34,441 bases of DNA from a virus (Duplodnaviria; Caudoviricetes), in IMG/VR virus record IMGVR_UViG_3300049488_000029, positions 1-34,441 of that record; one strand, written 5' to 3'. Position 1 is the first letter of the stretch; every line of letters begins with the position of its first letter. Positions 9,788-19,064 of this stretch are shown piece by piece. The translations under genes were made by a program, and so were the position numbers. The notes under the pieces are model-generated. The model searched no databases and had not been told where the DNA came from. It saw only the letters and a list, made by a program, of their open reading frames with translations.

Positions 9788-10018
9788 ATGCCAGCAGCAC
9801 ACCAAATAGTACTAGATGGATTTAAACGAGCTGAAGAAGTTAATAAATTATTAGAAGCGGGTTTTTATGCTCCTAACGATAAATGTGATTTACCTCTAGA
9901 TTTTACGGATTTTTGGAGCACTTATAGTTATAATTTTAATGAGTATTGTGCCCATCCAAACGGACTAGAGCTACAAGATAGCGGCTCTGGTTATTGGAAA
10001 TTTGTGAGTTACCCTTAA
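9788..10018 (+). CDS. Hypothetical protein, paralog B
   Basis: AAGGAG RBS; motifs shared with 9553-9777. Confidence 0.7.
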   Translation: MPAAHQIVLDGFKRAEEVNKLLEAGFYAPNDKCDLPLDFTDFWSTYSYNFNEYCAHPNGLELQDSGSGYWKFVSYP

Positions 10019-10027
10019 GAGGTTTTT

Positions 10028-10816
10028 ATGTTGACTGTATTTCATGGAAGCAATGACTATTCAAAAAAGTTTGAGGATTACTTAAGTGATTCTGTTTCGC
10101 TTATTTTATTAGATTCTGAATCAATTGACATAGGCTTTCATAAGCCAATTAATGCCATGTATTTAGAACTTAATGCGTTTAATGCAAATACTTCTTTAGT
10201 ATCAGTACAATACTATAATGGGGCATTTACTGATTTAGTTATTGAAGAAGAAACTGATGGTCTTAAAAGATCAGGGTTTATTAAATGGGAAAGAAATCAA
10301 GCCAATGAAGTAAAGACAACTCTTCATTCTAAAGAAATGTATTGGTATAAGCTAAAAGTAGATTCAGATACAAGCTCAATTGAATACTCAGGTATTAATT
10401 TAGTTTTTTCAAATGACATTAACTTAACAGAAGAATACCCGAATATTTTAGACTTTTTACCTGAGAATAAATCATCATTCATAGGTTTCCACCAAGCAGC
10501 AAGAAATGACATTGTTACTAAGCTTAGAAACCAAGGAAATAAGATACAGGGATTGGAGCAAAAGAAGTTAGATCAATTTGACCTTTTAGATTTTGAAGAA
10601 ATGAAAGATGCGTCTAAGTTTTTAGTTCTATCAAAAATATTTTTTTGGATCAGTGATGCAGTTGGCGATAAATGGCATGAAAAAGCAGTTAAATTTGAAT
10701 CAAAGTATGGCGATAAAATAGATTTGTATTTTCTTTCTATTGATAAAAATGATGATGGCATTAAAGATGCAAATGAAACTCAATCAGTAAATTTCGCAAG
10801 GATAGATCGTGTCTAA
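10028..10816 (+). CDS. Head-tail adaptor-like protein with an extra N-terminal beta domain
   Basis: Helical C-terminal half ending D.NDDG..D..E; position before the terminator and tube genes. Confidence 0.55.
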   Translation: MLTVFHGSNDYSKKFEDYLSDSVSLILLDSESIDIGFHKPINAMYLELNAFNANTSLVSVQYYNGAFTDLVIEEETDGLKRSGFIKWERNQANEVKTTLHSKEMYWYKLKVDSDTSSIEYSGINLVFSNDINLTEEYPNILDFLPENKSSFIGFHQAARNDIVTKLRNQGNKIQGLEQKKLDQFDLLDFEEMKDASKFLVLSKIFFWISDAVGDKWHEKAVKFESKYGDKIDLYFLSIDKNDDGIKDANETQSVNFARIDRV

Positions 10817-11255
10817 TTTAGTTAAAGATATTCGGGATGGGTTAGAAAATTTAATTGAATCAACTTGTCCAAACTTTAAAAAATCTAGATATATATGGGA
10901 CTTTCAATTGAACAATGAAAGAACTAGCGGTGATATTTACGCAGTAAGACCAAACTCTGGAAGCTCAACAACTGGAACAAATAAAACAATCACTATAAAT
11001 CAAACTTTTGAGGTTCTACTAAGTTCTAAATTTAAGAATGTATCAGATAAGGATTCTGCCTTAGATTTAGTTATTATGGGGCTTTATGAAGAACATGAAA
11101 AACTTGAAAAAGTGCTATTTCAGCGTAACATTAATATAGCTAGAGTTTTAGTAGTTGAATCAATAGATTTATCTTCACCTGATATTGATAATGATAATAA
11201 TTCGGTAACTATTACGGCAAGCTATGTGATTAAATATAGAAATGAAACTTTATAA
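10809..11255 (+). CDS. Tail terminator/completion protein
   Basis: 148 aa directly before the tail tube; GTG start overlapping the previous gene. Confidence 0.55.
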   Translation: MSNLVKDIRDGLENLIESTCPNFKKSRYIWDFQLNNERTSGDIYAVRPNSGSSTTGTNKTITINQTFEVLLSSKFKNVSDKDSALDLVIMGLYEEHEKLEKVLFQRNINIARVLVVESIDLSSPDIDNDNNSVTITASYVIKYRNETL

Positions 11256-11267
11256 GAGGGGTACAAA

Positions 11268-12446
11268 ATGGGCATCGGTTTAGTTAAAGGAAAATCTAGT
11301 ATTTTCGTAAAAGAAGAAACTACAGAAGGCGTTTATGTAGCCCCTGCAAGTGCAACTGAGGCTTTAGAGGTATTGGAAAATGGACTAGAATTTTCTTTTA
11401 CACGTGAAGCTGTATCAAGAAATAACCTAACAAGCACAATTGAAGAAGTTGCTAGCCGTGTTGGTATGTCTAACTTAACTGGATCGGTTTCAGTTGAATT
11501 TAAAGCAAGTTCAACTGCTGGAAATGCTCCTAGAGAGGCAGCTTTATACAAGTCATTACTAGGAGATTTCAAAACATCTAACGCATCAACTACAAAAACT
11601 GGGAATACTTCTACGGTTATTCAAATTGAAGATGCAGATATTGGTAAATATGCAGCAAATGACATCATTTTAATTAAGCAACCAAGTGCCTTTGAAATGC
11701 GCCCAATCTCAGCAGTTGATTCAACTCCAAGTGCGGCAAATATTACTCTTAAGTTTGCTTTAGATAATGGTGCTCCAATTGATGAAGTAGTTATTGAAAA
11801 ATTTACTAAATATTTTCATAGTGAAGGCGCTCCAACTCTTTCTGTTACTGATTATGTTGGTGGAGAAATTGAAGAAAAAATGGCTGGTATTCGTTGCGTA
11901 AAAGCAGCTTTAGAAAATTATTCAACTGGTAAAGTTTCAAATTGGAAATTTGATGTTGAAGGTCTAAGTATGGTTAAGGTTGTAAATGCCCCAGCTTTTG
12001 AGCCAGATTTTTCAAATGATGCGCTTCCACCAGTTCTTTTAGATTCTTGTATTTGGATTAATGGGGTTGAAGTTGACTATACTGAATTTGGGCTAAACGT
12101 TGAAAATACTAAAGCAGAAGTTAAATCATCTTGTTCAGAGTCGGGTAAAATTGCATCTAGATTCACTAATCTTGCAGTAAGCGGAACAATTAACCCTTAT
12201 ATGGAAGATGATGACGTTGCTAGATTTGAATTATTTAATGCTAACAATGACATTCATATTTTTGGATATGCTAAAAATCCTACAAATACTACAGGTGAAG
12301 GCTCGAACTATGTGGCTTTTTGGATTCCTCAAGCTAAAATTGAAAACATGCCAAGTGCAGATATCGATGGCATTATGATTGACCAAATTTCATTCAAGTC
12401 TTACAGAAAACTTGGTGGTGACTCTATTTTTCTAGCCTTTGTTTAA
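11268..12446 (+). CDS. Major tail tube protein
   Basis: VKEETTEGVYVAP N-terminus; followed by a terminator, chaperones and tape measure; no sheath gene. Confidence 0.8.
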   Translation: MGIGLVKGKSSIFVKEETTEGVYVAPASATEALEVLENGLEFSFTREAVSRNNLTSTIEEVASRVGMSNLTGSVSVEFKASSTAGNAPREAALYKSLLGDFKTSNASTTKTGNTSTVIQIEDADIGKYAANDIILIKQPSAFEMRPISAVDSTPSAANITLKFALDNGAPIDEVVIEKFTKYFHSEGAPTLSVTDYVGGEIEEKMAGIRCVKAALENYSTGKVSNWKFDVEGLSMVKVVNAPAFEPDFSNDALPPVLLDSCIWINGVEVDYTEFGLNVENTKAEVKSSCSESGKIASRFTNLAVSGTINPYMEDDDVARFELFNANNDIHIFGYAKNPTNTTGEGSNYVAFWIPQAKIENMPSADIDGIMIDQISFKSYRKLGGDSIFLAFV

Positions 12447-12476
12447 TTAAAAAATTAACATTTATAAAACAAACAT

Positions 12477-12499
12477 AGCCCCTTAATTGGGGCTTTATT
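12477..12499 (+). terminator. Intrinsic terminator after the tail tube gene
   Basis: AGCCCC-TTAATT-GGGGCT followed by TTATT. Confidence 0.7.
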
Positions 12500-12510
12500 A
12501 TTGGAGAATT

Positions 12511-12885
12511 ATGAAGATTTTAAAACTTTCTGACAGAATTGAAATTAAATCAGGTGAAATTAAAATGCTTATTGCTCCGCTTTCTTTGGCTCAAAAAATT
12601 GAGATTGCAGGGATTACCAAGATTAATGGTGGAGAATTAACAGGCAACCAATTAGAGCAAGCCTATAAAGTCGTTAAATACTGTTTAAAGGGCATCGAAG
12701 GGCTTAAGTGCTATGATGATTCTGACTATGTTCCAGTGTTCGAGAATGGTTCATTAGACGATAACAGTGTTGATGAAATAATTAGCTCACTGAGCAATAC
12801 AAACGCTTTCGATAGTATAACAAAAGTTTTAGCTGGTGATTTTAATATTGATGGGGCAGAGGTAAAAGTCATCCCAAACAAATAA
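12511..12885 (+). CDS. Tail assembly chaperone (gpG-like)
   Basis: GGAG RBS before ATG 12511; between tube and tape measure; ends at a slippery heptamer. Confidence 0.8.
   Translation: MKILKLSDRIEIKSGEIKMLIAPLSLAQKIEIAGITKINGGELTGNQLEQAYKVVKYCLKGIEGLKCYDDSDYVPVFENGSLDDNSVDEIISSLSNTNAFDSITKVLAGDFNIDGAEVKVIPNK
12873..12879 (+). other. Programmed -1 frameshift site C CCA AAC
   Basis: In-frame X XXY YYZ heptamer just before TAA; the -1 frame is open into the 12942-13319 ORF. Confidence 0.8.
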
Positions 12886-13319
12886 AGACTGTCTTAGATT
12901 ATCTCATTTATGAGATCAATAAAGTCTCTCATGTTTCAGAAATGGAACATTTTGAGATTCTAACGACAGTCGAAGTTGTATCTAATAAATTCTTTAATTG
13001 CGAATTTTGCAAAAAGAAATATGGGCAAGCTTACAGGGATAAGAAAAAGGCTTGCGCTATAAAGTCTCAAAAACCTATCTTTGAAACAGAAAATGGCATA
13101 AAATACTATAGATGCCCTGCTAACTTTGCTAACTTTTCTATCATGCACTTTATAGACATGGTTAAGCATTTTAGAAATGGAGTCATGCCATTTAGTGGTT
13201 CTATGATGGAACAACCAAATAAGGTTATTGAAGTTTTAAATCTTATTGATAGAATTTTAATTAAGAACGAAAACGAAGAGATTGAAAGGAACCAAAGAAA
13301 ATGGCAGACAACGAAATAA
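12873..13319 (+). CDS. Tail assembly chaperone extension (gpT-like, read as a G-T fusion)
   Basis: No stop from 12873 to 13319; no RBS at ATG 12942; contains CEFC...C...C. Confidence 0.75.
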   Translation, partial: PKQIKTVLDYLIYEINKVSHVSEMEHFEILTTVEVVSNKFFNCEFCKKKYGQAYRDKKKACAIKSQKPIFETENGIKYYRCPANFANFSIMHFIDMVKHFRNGVMPFSGSMMEQPNKVIEVLNLIDRILIKNENEEIERNQRKWQTTK

Positions 13320-15544
13320 AAGTCCCCATTGAGATCGACGCAACAAAGCTAGAGCAATCGCTTCTTCGTATTGAAAAGTCATTAGACGGATTTTCAAATA
13401 AAACAGAAAAAAGCCTTTCAAAAGTAAGTCTATCTTTCAGTAATTTTATAGGTTCATTCGCAGCAAATACAGCAACAAAAGCAGTTGATTCAATATCTAG
13501 TTCTATTAAAGATTTCTTTAGTGGAGTAATTAGCGAATCAGTTAATGCTCAAAATGTAATGGTTAAACTTAACTCCGCTTTGCTATCCACAGGGGAGGCA
13601 ACAAAAGAAAACATCAAGTTATTTGATGAATTTGCCAAAACTATACAGAGCACAACTAAATTTGAAGATGATTTAGTTAAAGAGCAAGTTGCTGTTGCAA
13701 AGGCTGCTGGGTTAAGTAATGAAGCTACTAAACAATTAATAACGGCTGCAACTGATTATGCTGCAGTAACTGGGAAGGATTTACCTAGTGCAGTTGAAGG
13801 ATTGATTCTAAGTTTAAATGGTCAAGGAAGATCATTGAAAGTGCTAGGACCAGAGTTTGCTAATTTAACACAAGAGCAATTGAAATCTGGTGCAGCAATT
13901 GACTTGATAGCAAAAAAATTCTCAAGTGCTGCAGAAAATGAAACAAAAACTTTTGCCGGTGCTATAGCTTCATTAAAAAATTCGTATGGTAATTTGCAGG
14001 AAGAAGTTGGTAATACCATAGTTCAAAATGAGAGCTTTTCAAATCTTATATCAGCAGCTAAAAGCTTTGTTGATAGATTAACTGATTCAATTTCCAGAAA
14101 TTCTAAATCATTTGACATTGTAACTGATTCAATTAAATTTACTTTAGAACAATTTTCCTCATTCTTAAGGGGTGTTGATCTTTTAATTAAAGGTTTTAAT
14201 ACATTAAAAAATGTAGTTTTCTCTATTGGTAATTTATTTGGAGTTCTAGTTTCTTATTTAGGGAAAGGGTTTATCGCAGTATCTGATTTTACTGCATCTT
14301 TATTTGGATTAAGTGGAATATTCGATAAACTTAAGAGAAATTTTGATTTCCTTAATAATGGGTTTAAAGATTCTTTATCTAAAAACATAGATGCTTTATC
14401 TGCTAAATCAGAAAAAACTATATTTGGTAAAGCTTCAGACGAAGTTAAAAAACTTTCAACTGATATCACTAAAGGGATTGAACAAGATAATAAAGGACTA
14501 AACAACCTAACAAATACAGCTTCTAAATTTAAAGATGTGTTTAATAAATTAGATACTCCAAAAGGATTATCTAAATCTTTAGATGATCAAAATAAAATTC
14601 TTAATCAGCAGTTAGAAATCTATAAAAAGATTAATGAAGAAATAAAAGTTGGAGCAAGCAATCCACTTCAAGGAATATTTGGAAGCACTGACTTACAAAG
14701 ACAACTTAAAAAAGACTTGCAAGACAAAACTCTTACACCAGAACAAAGAAAGTTCTCTTCTGACTCATTAGATCAGGCGCAAAAAAATGCTAACATTGGT
14801 GGAATCGCAGGGGTTGGTCAATCTATTCTAGGTGGTGCTCAAGGTGCTTCTAAATTGATAGCAGGTGGTATTGGTCTTGCTGCAAATGCAGCAATCCCAG
14901 GACTAGGTGAAGTTGTTGGACCAATTGCTGAAACTCTTTTTGCTGGACCAGAGGCGGTTAAGGCTTTAGTTAAAGGTTTTACGGATGCTATACCTGACAT
15001 TATCATGGCATTAGTTGAAGCAGTTCCAGCAGTCATAGACGAATTAGTGGCTCAATTGCCAGTGTTAATAAATAAATTAGTTGAAGACCTTCCAATTTTA
15101 ATCGAATCATTAGCTGAAAGTATGCCGAGAGTTGCTATAGAATTAGGTCTTGCAATGCCCCAAGTTGCTATTTCATTTGCCATGGCTCTTATTGGTCAGG
15201 CTCCAAAAATAGCGGCTGAATTAATAAAAGCTGCTTCTGGGTACAATACAGTTAAGAAGTTATTCCACTTTGCTGGAGGGGGTATTGTTGGGGGTAACTC
15301 TTTTACTGGTGACAATGTTAATGCAAAAATAAATAGCGGTGAAATGGTTTTAACCAGAAGCCAGCAATCAAACTTATTTGAAATAGCAAATGGTAAGAAA
15401 AGCTCAAGAAATGATAGCCAGATAATTGATGCAATAAATATGTTATCTAATCAAATTATGGGACAGCCTATAATTGTTCAAGTGGATGGACGTGAGATAG
15501 CTAGAGCTACCAGAAATCAAATAAGACAAGGTTTCGTTATATGA
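13301..15544 (+). CDS. Tape measure protein
   Basis: 747-aa helical protein with FAGGGIVGG...GEMVL...VQVDGREIA C-terminus. Confidence 0.92.
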   Translation: MADNEIKVPIEIDATKLEQSLLRIEKSLDGFSNKTEKSLSKVSLSFSNFIGSFAANTATKAVDSISSSIKDFFSGVISESVNAQNVMVKLNSALLSTGEATKENIKLFDEFAKTIQSTTKFEDDLVKEQVAVAKAAGLSNEATKQLITAATDYAAVTGKDLPSAVEGLILSLNGQGRSLKVLGPEFANLTQEQLKSGAAIDLIAKKFSSAAENETKTFAGAIASLKNSYGNLQEEVGNTIVQNESFSNLISAAKSFVDRLTDSISRNSKSFDIVTDSIKFTLEQFSSFLRGVDLLIKGFNTLKNVVFSIGNLFGVLVSYLGKGFIAVSDFTASLFGLSGIFDKLKRNFDFLNNGFKDSLSKNIDALSAKSEKTIFGKASDEVKKLSTDITKGIEQDNKGLNNLTNTASKFKDVFNKLDTPKGLSKSLDDQNKILNQQLEIYKKINEEIKVGASNPLQGIFGSTDLQRQLKKDLQDKTLTPEQRKFSSDSLDQAQKNANIGGIAGVGQSILGGAQGASKLIAGGIGLAANAAIPGLGEVVGPIAETLFAGPEAVKALVKGFTDAIPDIIMALVEAVPAVIDELVAQLPVLINKLVEDLPILIESLAESMPRVAIELGLAMPQVAISFAMALIGQAPKIAAELIKAASGYNTVKKLFHFAGGGIVGGNSFTGDNVNAKINSGEMVLTRSQQSNLFEIANGKKSSRNDSQIIDAINMLSNQIMGQPIIVQVDGREIARATRNQIRQGFVI

Positions 15545-16305
15545 TTAAGTTCTACAATTATAATCTAGTTAATCAACCACAAACAGTTATTACGGCAACA
15601 AATGAAAACGCAAGTTTTCCAATTAGTAATCTTAAAGATGACAGGACTACGAAAGTTTTTAGGAGCACATCAAATTCAAGTCAAATTATTTTTGATTTTA
15701 TTACTACAGAGCCAGTTGACTCAATAGTCTTGGTTCCAAATTCAATTAATGGATGGGGCATGGTAACTCCAATCACAATTGAAGCTAATGCGACAAGTAA
15801 TTTTACTAGTCCAGCATTTACAACAACAATAGCAAGCTTTGACCAAGAGAATGAAGTAGCTTTTAAAGAAATATCAGAGCAAAATTATCGCTTTTGGAGA
15901 CTGTCCATAAATGGGACTTCTTTTTGTGAATTAAGTAAAATATTCATAGGAAAATCTTTAACTATAGGCGATCGTGGACCAGACCTTAGTTGGACATTTG
16001 TTGACCAAGATAGCTCAGAAGTGATCCAAAATAAGTACGGGACTCGTTTCATAGATACTTATGTTAAGCAAAAATCTATGCAAATGAGTTTTTCATATCT
16101 AGATAAAGACGAACTAGATAGCCTCCTAGAGATTGCGGATTATAATTCGATCACAAAACCGCTATTTTTAAGAATAGATTGTCCAGATATTCTTAATAAT
16201 GTGAACAGGTTTGCTGGGTATTTCTATATGTCCAATTCTCCTCAGATATTAAATCCTTCTTACTCTTTATATAGCACATCACTTTCTTTTGTTGAGGCTA
16301 AATGA
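15541..16305 (+). CDS. Distal tail protein-like, with an inserted galactose-binding-like domain
   Basis: Follows the tape measure gene; FPISNL.D...YRFWRL pattern; ends F.E. Confidence 0.55.
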   Translation: MIKFYNYNLVNQPQTVITATNENASFPISNLKDDRTTKVFRSTSNSSQIIFDFITTEPVDSIVLVPNSINGWGMVTPITIEANATSNFTSPAFTTTIASFDQENEVAFKEISEQNYRFWRLSINGTSFCELSKIFIGKSLTIGDRGPDLSWTFVDQDSSEVIQNKYGTRFIDTYVKQKSMQMSFSYLDKDELDSLLEIADYNSITKPLFLRIDCPDILNNVNRFAGYFYMSNSPQILNPSYSLYSTSLSFVEAK

Positions 16306-16742
16306 AGTTATTAGTCGATGAATTAACAGATTCGTTAGAACAAGTTTTTAATTTGACCGACAATAGAACGCATCATTTAAAAGCAATTAGACCTTATTTA
16401 TACGTACACAATAACCCATCTGGAACTTTTACATTAGAAGTTTTAAGTGGATCAAATGTGCTTGATTCAGTCTCATTTACTTCTTACGACTTGTATAATT
16501 CACTAAACACAGAAGACTTGTATGCCCATCTTTTATATAGGGTTGACCTAAATAAAACTTTACCATTGAAAAAGGGTACATATAAGTTAAAATTATCTTC
16601 AAGCGGTTATATATATAGTGACTCATCTTTTTTAGGGTGGGTTAAGGAACATGAAAATTTAAAAGGCGAAGTTAATGGAGTTCCGTCTAGCGATAGCCAA
16701 AACCCTTTAACTTTTGAATTGGTCGAATATGAGAATAGTTGA
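16302..16742 (+). CDS. Tail tip protein
   Basis: Beta-rich ORF coupled within the tail module. Confidence 0.5.
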   Translation: MKLLVDELTDSLEQVFNLTDNRTHHLKAIRPYLYVHNNPSGTFTLEVLSGSNVLDSVSFTSYDLYNSLNTEDLYAHLLYRVDLNKTLPLKKGTYKLKLSSSGYIYSDSSFLGWVKEHENLKGEVNGVPSSDSQNPLTFELVEYENS

Positions 16743-17427
16743 TATTGCCGATGGGTACAGCTCAAATACCAATCCTTACATGGGGCAGCTTACTGCCTCT
16801 AAATTAGTTCAATATATTTCAGATTCTGCTTATGTAACAGCTAATGGTTCACCGACTGGTGGAGAAATCTATTTTAATACTACAGTTGGTGGAGCTAGGA
16901 TATACGACACAAATACCTCAGCGTGGGAAGATGTTGGTACTAGTCTTTCATACTCTCAAGAAAACCCAATTGGGTTAGTAAATGGGACAAATAAAGACTT
17001 CACAATAACTTATGCCCCGTTAAATTCAGACTCATTGATAGTTTACAAAGATGGTGTTTTAGTTAATAAAGCAGATTATTCTTATAGTCTTGGGGTTATT
17101 ACTTTTGTAACCGCTCCCAATATTGGTGAAGAGATTTATTGTGTCTATATGACAGGTGGGAGTTCTTCAATCCCACCTCTTTCTTTAACTGGTCAATTTT
17201 CTGAATACAGAACTTTAACTGGTGGAGAAATTTCAGCAAAACAAATTGTTCTTGCACAAACTCCAAGCGAGCCAAGCAAAACATTATTAGATTGGATAGG
17301 CGTTTGCTCCCAAGTTTACTCAGTTGATTTTGCAGTTTCTGGAAATGTTTTATCTTGGAACTCTTTGGCTTTAGATGGTGTTTTAACAGCAGGCGATATT
17401 TTAAGAATATATTATTTACTTTTTTAA
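16729..17427 (+). CDS. Tail fibre/tip-associated protein
   Basis: GEIYFNTT; NGTNKDFT...VYKDGV...ITFVTAP beta module. Confidence 0.55.
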   Translation: MRIVDIADGYSSNTNPYMGQLTASKLVQYISDSAYVTANGSPTGGEIYFNTTVGGARIYDTNTSAWEDVGTSLSYSQENPIGLVNGTNKDFTITYAPLNSDSLIVYKDGVLVNKADYSYSLGVITFVTAPNIGEEIYCVYMTGGSSSIPPLSLTGQFSEYRTLTGGEISAKQIVLAQTPSEPSKTLLDWIGVCSQVYSVDFAVSGNVLSWNSLALDGVLTAGDILRIYYLLF

Positions 17428-17436
17428 AGGTTATTT

Positions 17437-18390
17437 ATGTCACAAATTTCTACAAAAGCTTTAGCAGATGATTCAGTTAATGATCTAAAAATTAAGCTTA
17501 GGTCAAATCAACCTTTAAGGGCAAGAAACAATGCTGGTTCAGCAGATGTAAATCTATTAAAACTTAATTCCAGTGATATTTTAGAGTTCAGTTTATTGCC
17601 TCAATATTCTGGTTCAAGCGTAGCAACTCAAGGTTATGTTACAACTGCTTTAGGTAGCTATGTATTAAGTTCTTTAATAGGAGCTAATAGCGGAGTATGT
17701 CCTCTTGATGGAACTGGAAAGGTTGCAAGTACATATCTTCCTGCATACGTTGACGATGTTTTAGAGTATGCCAATTTAGCAGCTTTCCCTGTGTCTGGAA
17801 CAACTGGAATTATCTACGTTGCACTTGATACGAATAAAACTTTTAGATGGTCAGGATCGGCCTACATTGAAATTTCACCAAGTGAAGTAAATTCAGTCAA
17901 TGGCTCAACTGGTGTAGTTGTTTTAACAACTTCAAATATCTCTGAAGGTTCAAACCTTTACTATACAGCAGCAAGATTCAATGCAGCTTTCTCGGGTAAA
18001 TCAACGACTGACTTAACTGAAGGAACGAATCTTTATTTCACTGACTCAAGAGCAAAAACAGCAGCAGTTTTAAATTCAACTTCTGGGTCACAGACAGATC
18101 AAGCCGCTTCAGTTTCGGCAATGAAGTCTTATGTGGCAGCGAATAGCGCAACTGTATCAACCCAATTTTTTACGTTATCTGGTACAAATATCACAAACCA
18201 GTATATTGATTTATCCGTAACAGCTACAGGAATTTTATCCGTAGATGTTAAAGGGTACCCTACCTTTTGGCTAACGGATGATTACAGTGTTTCTCTTTCT
18301 GGTGGAGCAAGTGGCACGACTCGCATTTCTTTTGCAGGTGATATGGCAAGTCTATTATCTGGTGATAAAGTAAAAGTAACTTATAAATAA
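17437..18390 (+). CDS. Tail fibre protein
   Basis: PLDGTGKV...LPAYVDDVLEY, VNSVNGSTGVV and two T..[IL].EG.NLY[YF]T repeats. Confidence 0.7.
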   Translation: MSQISTKALADDSVNDLKIKLRSNQPLRARNNAGSADVNLLKLNSSDILEFSLLPQYSGSSVATQGYVTTALGSYVLSSLIGANSGVCPLDGTGKVASTYLPAYVDDVLEYANLAAFPVSGTTGIIYVALDTNKTFRWSGSAYIEISPSEVNSVNGSTGVVVLTTSNISEGSNLYYTAARFNAAFSGKSTTDLTEGTNLYFTDSRAKTAAVLNSTSGSQTDQAASVSAMKSYVAANSATVSTQFFTLSGTNITNQYIDLSVTATGILSVDVKGYPTFWLTDDYSVSLSGGASGTTRISFAGDMASLLSGDKVKVTYK

Positions 18391-18400
18391 GGCTTAATTT

Positions 18401-19057
18401 ATGTCAAAGATTCAAGGTAAAAGCGTAAAAAATTCCACCGATATAGTCTCAGGCGGTGGCGCTATAAGTGATTTAATCACGGATGATCAATTGTATATAT
18501 CAGCCAACTCCATTAATAAAACTTTAAAACAGTCTGTCATCGATGGAGACATCGGAGCAGGTGGAGCATGTTCTTTAGTTTGGAAAAAAACTGGAATAAC
18601 TTCTCCAAATACAAGATTCGTTGACGGTTTTGAATTATTAGATTTTGCTTATGATGTTTCCCAGGAAATATACTGTACTTTTATTGTCCCATCTAGTTAT
18701 TCAGCAGGGAAGCAAATCCAATTAAAAAATGCTGCATTTTTCACAACTGCAACAACGAATAAAGTATTTTTTAAATCTCAATCAACGCTAATCAGAGCAG
18801 CTTCAACGGTTCTTGGAACTTACTCAAACCAAAGAACCTCCACTAATGCAGAAGTAACTGTTTCAGGCACAACTAACCAATTAAAAGCAGTTGGGAGTCT
18901 TGATCTTACGTCAAGTACTGGTCAAATTAATGCTGTGTCGGTCGCAGCAGGGGATATTATCAGAGTGAGAATTTATAGAGACATTGCCGCAGAAAGTGCT
19001 TCGGCTGCTGCTGATGCTGGTTTAGTTATTGATGCAATCGAATTAACATTAAAATAG
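18401..19057 (+). CDS. Tail fibre/receptor-binding-like protein
   Basis: Beta-rich C-terminal domain in the fibre block. Confidence 0.5.
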   Translation: MSKIQGKSVKNSTDIVSGGGAISDLITDDQLYISANSINKTLKQSVIDGDIGAGGACSLVWKKTGITSPNTRFVDGFELLDFAYDVSQEIYCTFIVPSSYSAGKQIQLKNAAFFTTATTNKVFFKSQSTLIRAASTVLGTYSNQRTSTNAEVTVSGTTNQLKAVGSLDLTSSTGQINAVSVAAGDIIRVRIYRDIAAESASAAADAGLVIDAIELTLK

Positions 19058-19064
19058 AGGTCTT

